Below are positions 59,298-64,000 of a stretch of 64,000 nt of DNA, piece by piece; position 1 is the stretch's first letter; every line of letters starts with the position of its first letter. Origin of the DNA: Eledone cirrhosa (lineage: Eukaryota); contig OZ024743.1 of NCBI GenBank assembly GCA_964016885.1, positions 148,428,001 to 148,492,000 on the forward strand, in the 5' to 3' direction. The notes beneath the pieces were generated by a model, which searched no databases, had not been told where the DNA came from, and saw nothing but the letters and a program-made list of their open reading frames with translations. The translations under genes were made by a program, and so were the position numbers.

Positions 59298-60096
59298 GAG
59301 AAAACTCATTACTAGAACAGCTGTTAAAACACCTAAATACTGTCAAAGACAGCAATAGGCAAAAGTGGTGCAGAGGACAGAGATCAGTGGCCAGGAGTCA
59401 ACACAGAGGCAATCCACAATCCACAGGCAGATGAAATATAGAATATATTGAAAGTGGAGGAGGACAAGGAGAAGTGTGTTGACGTACAGAAGTGACCAGA
59501 AGAGGAAATAAATAAAGGCAATGTACAAGACAAGTTTATACACACACACACACTTCCTCACCCTCTTCAGCTCTCAAACCAGCAAAATGGCTACGGTGAA
59601 TTCAAATTCCAATATTCTTCTTCAACAGTTTACATATTTGCTTGTCGAAGTCTAAAAATGTTTATATATAGAGTGAGAAGGTGTGTAGCTAACGAGAATC
59701 GTAGGTTATATAAAGTCAGAAAAGTGTTGTAATATCAACAACTATACCGAGAGAAAAAGATATGTATACTTATAGAGGAGCTCTTAAGCAGTTATAACAT
59801 TGTCATTAGCATTGATAATAATATCATCATTATTAATGTTTCTCCTAATGAGGTGGGGTTAACATAGTTGACAGAAGTGGTTATTGATTTGTTGAATAAA
59901 GGGTACTTCGTTGGCCATTGGTCAATGAAGCAGAATCTTGGAATTCGAATTCTCCGAAATCATACATCAGATTAGCAGGTTCTAGATGTCCTCACTTGCA
60001 TATTAACAAAACACATGTCAGTTACATAATTAATATTAACCCTTCAATTGTGAAATTGGTATATTCATGTGATTTATTAATTTCTCTCTCTCTCTC

Positions 60097-60159
<63 letters not shown>

Positions 60160-60171
60160 ACACACACATAT

Positions 60172-60212
<41 letters not shown>

Positions 60213-60439
60213 AATATATCATGACACTTTGGGAGGGTCATACTGCGAATAATATCATACACATAGACTCCCAGTGGGTTACTTTAAAAACAAGATGGTT
60301 TTTTAATTGTTGTTAATTTTCAAAGCTCTTTCGTCACACATTCTGTGACCTCAGTGACTACATTTGTAGTCATTTTGTATCTCTCCTTTGTTCTGTTTTA
60401 CACCATTTTGTTTTTGTTAACGGTCTATTTGAGCTACGC

Positions 60440-60828
60440 ATATACTATATCTGGGATTATGAGTGTTTCTATGCGATGGACAACTTCCAAAAGTCCCTGG
60501 CCTGGCAGTGCTACCGAGGAGCTCTACCAGTTCGAGACAAGCTCTACAGACACGGGCGCTCGGGCTGGGACCCTTTGAATAAGATCTGTCTGAGATGCGT
60601 GCGCGACGAGGAAACCGTCGCGCATCATTTGTACACTACCCGGGCGTTACCGAACTGTGGGGCTATGTAGAACGACTATTGTCGCGGATGGGACCAATCC
60701 AGTTGACCACCAAGTCCATTGTCATAATCAAATCGCAACCCTCCTTCAAAAACGAAGGAGAGGCGGTTTTCCTTTGTGTGATAGCTATGGCGAAAGAGGT
60801 TGTATGGTGGACAAGGTTAAAAGAGCTG
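60440..60828 (+). mobile_element. Tx1/L1-like LINE ORF2 C-terminal zinc-binding fragment
   Basis: AWQCYRGALPVRDKLYRHG..CLRC..EETVAH / V.ELWGYVE..AKEVVWWTR; frameshifted. Confidence 0.8.
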
Positions 60829-60869
60829 TTTGTATATATATTTGCATTTGTGTGTGTGTGAGTATGTAT

Positions 60870-60906
<37 letters not shown>

Positions 60907-61059
60907 TCATCATCATCACCGTTTTACGTTCATTCTTCCAAAGTAGCATGGGTTAAACAGGTTGTCCTGTCGTGGGAAATGCCAGGTCAGGTGACCATAT
61001 CTTGGTCGTACAGAATTGATTTATATATATATTTATATATATACACACACACACACACG

Positions 61060-61149
<90 letters not shown>

Positions 61150-61201
61150 AAGATAGATAGATGTATATATATATAGAGAGAAAGAGATAGATAGATAGAT
61201 T

Positions 61202-61233
<32 letters not shown>

Positions 61234-61454
61234 CATAGATAGATTTATATATATATAGAGAGCGAGAGATAGATAGAGAGATTTATATATATATAGAAAG
61301 AGAGATATTTATAGACAGGTTTATATATACACATAGATAGATAGACAGATTTATGGATAGATTTATATATACACGTATATATATATAGATAGATTTATAT
61401 ATACACATATATATAGTTGGATAGATATATTTATATATACATATAGATAGATAA

Positions 61455-61522
<68 letters not shown>

Positions 61523-61825
61523 ATTTATATATACATATGACAATTAATAACCCTCATCATAGTTGGCATTAGTAAAAATATTTTCAAAACCCCACTTTTT
61601 TTCAAAAAGCAACCAATATAATCCTTTATGTCATAATTATTTTCCTAAAGAATTGAATGAGGAAGTTTGAAATAATGAAAATAAATATTTTCAATTAGAT
61701 AAAACTAATATTTGACATGTCTAATGTTTAGGCTCTTGTGAATCATCAATCTAATTTTGTTGAATTATCATATATGCCAATGTAAATGAGTTTTGTTTAT
61801 CATAATTATATATATATACACACAC

Positions 61826-61879
<54 letters not shown>

Positions 61880-61896
61880 CAACGATGATGATGATG

Positions 61897-61950
<54 letters not shown>

Positions 61951-61974
61951 GTATATATATGTGTGCATACATAC

Positions 61975-62320
61975 CTGCAACCCTGATGGTATCCAATGAT
62001 GTTGACTTGTTATTCTTTTTGGTAAATAACATCTTGGTTAAGAGAGTGGGACTGGCTTTGTGCAGTGCCTTTGCTCGCTATAAAAGCTTCACGGCACAGG
62101 CATTGCTTTATATCTGGAGATCTCTCTGCACTTGTCGTCACATGGTACCATGGGCCCAGCACTATGTGTCAATAATTGTCACAAGTGTAGTGTTTGTACC
62201 AGAGTTTTCAAGTCGCTGGCTGGACTAAAAAGTCACACTCGTTCAGCGCATCGGTAGAGGTTCTCCTACTTGGATATAAAGTAGTGGCCGTACTCGAAAA
62301 CGAGTTGGCAGCAACCATAT
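61975..62320 (+). mobile_element. Second 3' fragment of a C2H2-bearing RTE-like LINE
   Basis: [25 protein letters not shown] then stop, followed by TGGCCGTACTCGAAAACGAG tail. Confidence 0.75.
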
Positions 62321-62726
62321 ATATGTATGTATGTAGATTTATATATATATGTATATATATATATATAGAGAGAGAGAGATTTAAATATATATATAGAGAG
62401 AGATAGATAGATAGATTTATATATATATATATCTAGGTCAGTTATATATGTCTATATGTGTATATATATATGATTTTATAATTTATTTTGTTTGACCTGT
62501 TTAGCTTGACTTGTTTTTTTTTTGGCTTAGGTGGTTAATGCCTTCTTGACCAGTTTTTTAGTTTGTATGGCGTTTTAACTTATGTTTAGCTCTGGTTTTT
62601 TAAACTATGGAGCGCTTGCCAGCATAACTCTGATTTTGAGTTTCGTTTCGCTTTTTCTACCCGCCGAAATGCTATTCTCGCTGAATTTATATATGTATGT
62701 ATATATGTATGTATCTATTATATATG

Positions 62727-62758
<32 letters not shown>

Positions 62759-62776
62759 TATATGTATGTATATATA

Positions 62777-62897
<121 letters not shown>

Positions 62898-62977
62898 CTA
62901 TGCATATACATACATATATATTTATATATATTTATGTATGTATTCATGTACGTATATATTTATATATACACATACAT

Positions 62978-63038
<61 letters not shown>

Positions 63039-64000
63039 AACATAAATTATCGAGATTCGCATTTCGACCCACGAAATAACGAAAATCAACCTCCGAGATG
63101 TGCGGCAAGTGCTCAATGATTCAGATGAACCAGAGCTATAACAAAGGTTAAAGGCCAAACACCCTGAGACGATGGTTAAACAATCATTCGCATAGCCAAA
63201 AAAAAACGATCAAGTAATTCGGGTATTGAAAATTTACCCGGACCCCTGGAAGGTTGATAAAATCCAGTATATGGGTTTCTGCGACTCCTAAATCAAGTAC
63301 CGTCCGCTTACATAAATAATGTCAGGCTTCTGGTAAGATGATTGAACAAGGGAGCCTCTTTCTCAACAGGTTTTAGTTCAATATTAATACAAGGACTGAC
63401 TATTGCTGACCCCACGTGGGGATCGGAAAGGGAGGCAACCCCTATATCAGGCGAATAAAATCAGTTGTGTATATTTTTGCAAGAATGCAAAAAACATCAC
63501 AAATCGAATAGAGTTCTCAACAGAAAGGTTAAAATTTATGTATATATATATATATTGTTATATTTGGAGAGGGTCATATTGTTATAATATTGCCAGAAAT
63601 AATAATAAAACACACTCACTGTTTGGTTCGGTTGGTTTTCGCTTCTGTATCTTTTATATCTGCATAGTTAATTTATCTGGCAATCAATGTTTATCATTGA
63701 TTGACCAACGGTTAAAAATACAGATATAAATATATATATATATATATAGTAATAATAATAAATTTGAAGACTAACATCCAAATTAAACTTTAATCTGTTA
63801 TTTTAATAAATATATATATATATGGAGGAGGTTATAGGTCACGTGAAGCATTGTGTAATGAGGTATAAACGTTTGAATATGTATAATAAAGCCAATGCAA
63901 TGCAGGTATGGACATAGAATAAAGAATGCAAATGCAAAAGATATTGTTGACAATTAGTCTTTTACCTTAGATTTATTTAAATGTCCTGAACTACCACCTT

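Noticed and set aside
59562-59651. Minus-strand segment with good splice signals
   Set aside because: Stops in all three frames; at most a pseudo-exon or UTR exon

Overview
Eukaryotic, very AT-rich, microsatellite-saturated DNA. The repeat content (tRNA-derived SINEs with (CAT)n tails, RTE LINEs ending in C2H2 fingers, huge (TA)n tracts) suggests a cephalopod such as Octopus; this is an inference. Most of the supplied ORFs are microsatellite artefacts, and I found no intact protein-coding gene. The real coding remnants come from Penelope-like elements (PLEs; RT plus GIY-YIG), a CRE-type non-LTR element, RTE and Tx1/L1 LINEs and possibly a Gypsy pol, plus a few candidate minus-strand host exons. 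The main signal is a high density of type I hammerhead ribozyme (HHR) folds from several unrelated repeat families. These include a non-coding 424-448 nt tandem-monomer family that looks like a non-LTR retrozyme (circular RNA precursor), PLE pseudo-LTRs with recurrent non-canonical cores (CCGAAGA, CAGAAGA), and many foldback copies embedded in (TA)n. All folds, alignments and translations were done by eye; no ribozyme activity or database match has been verified.
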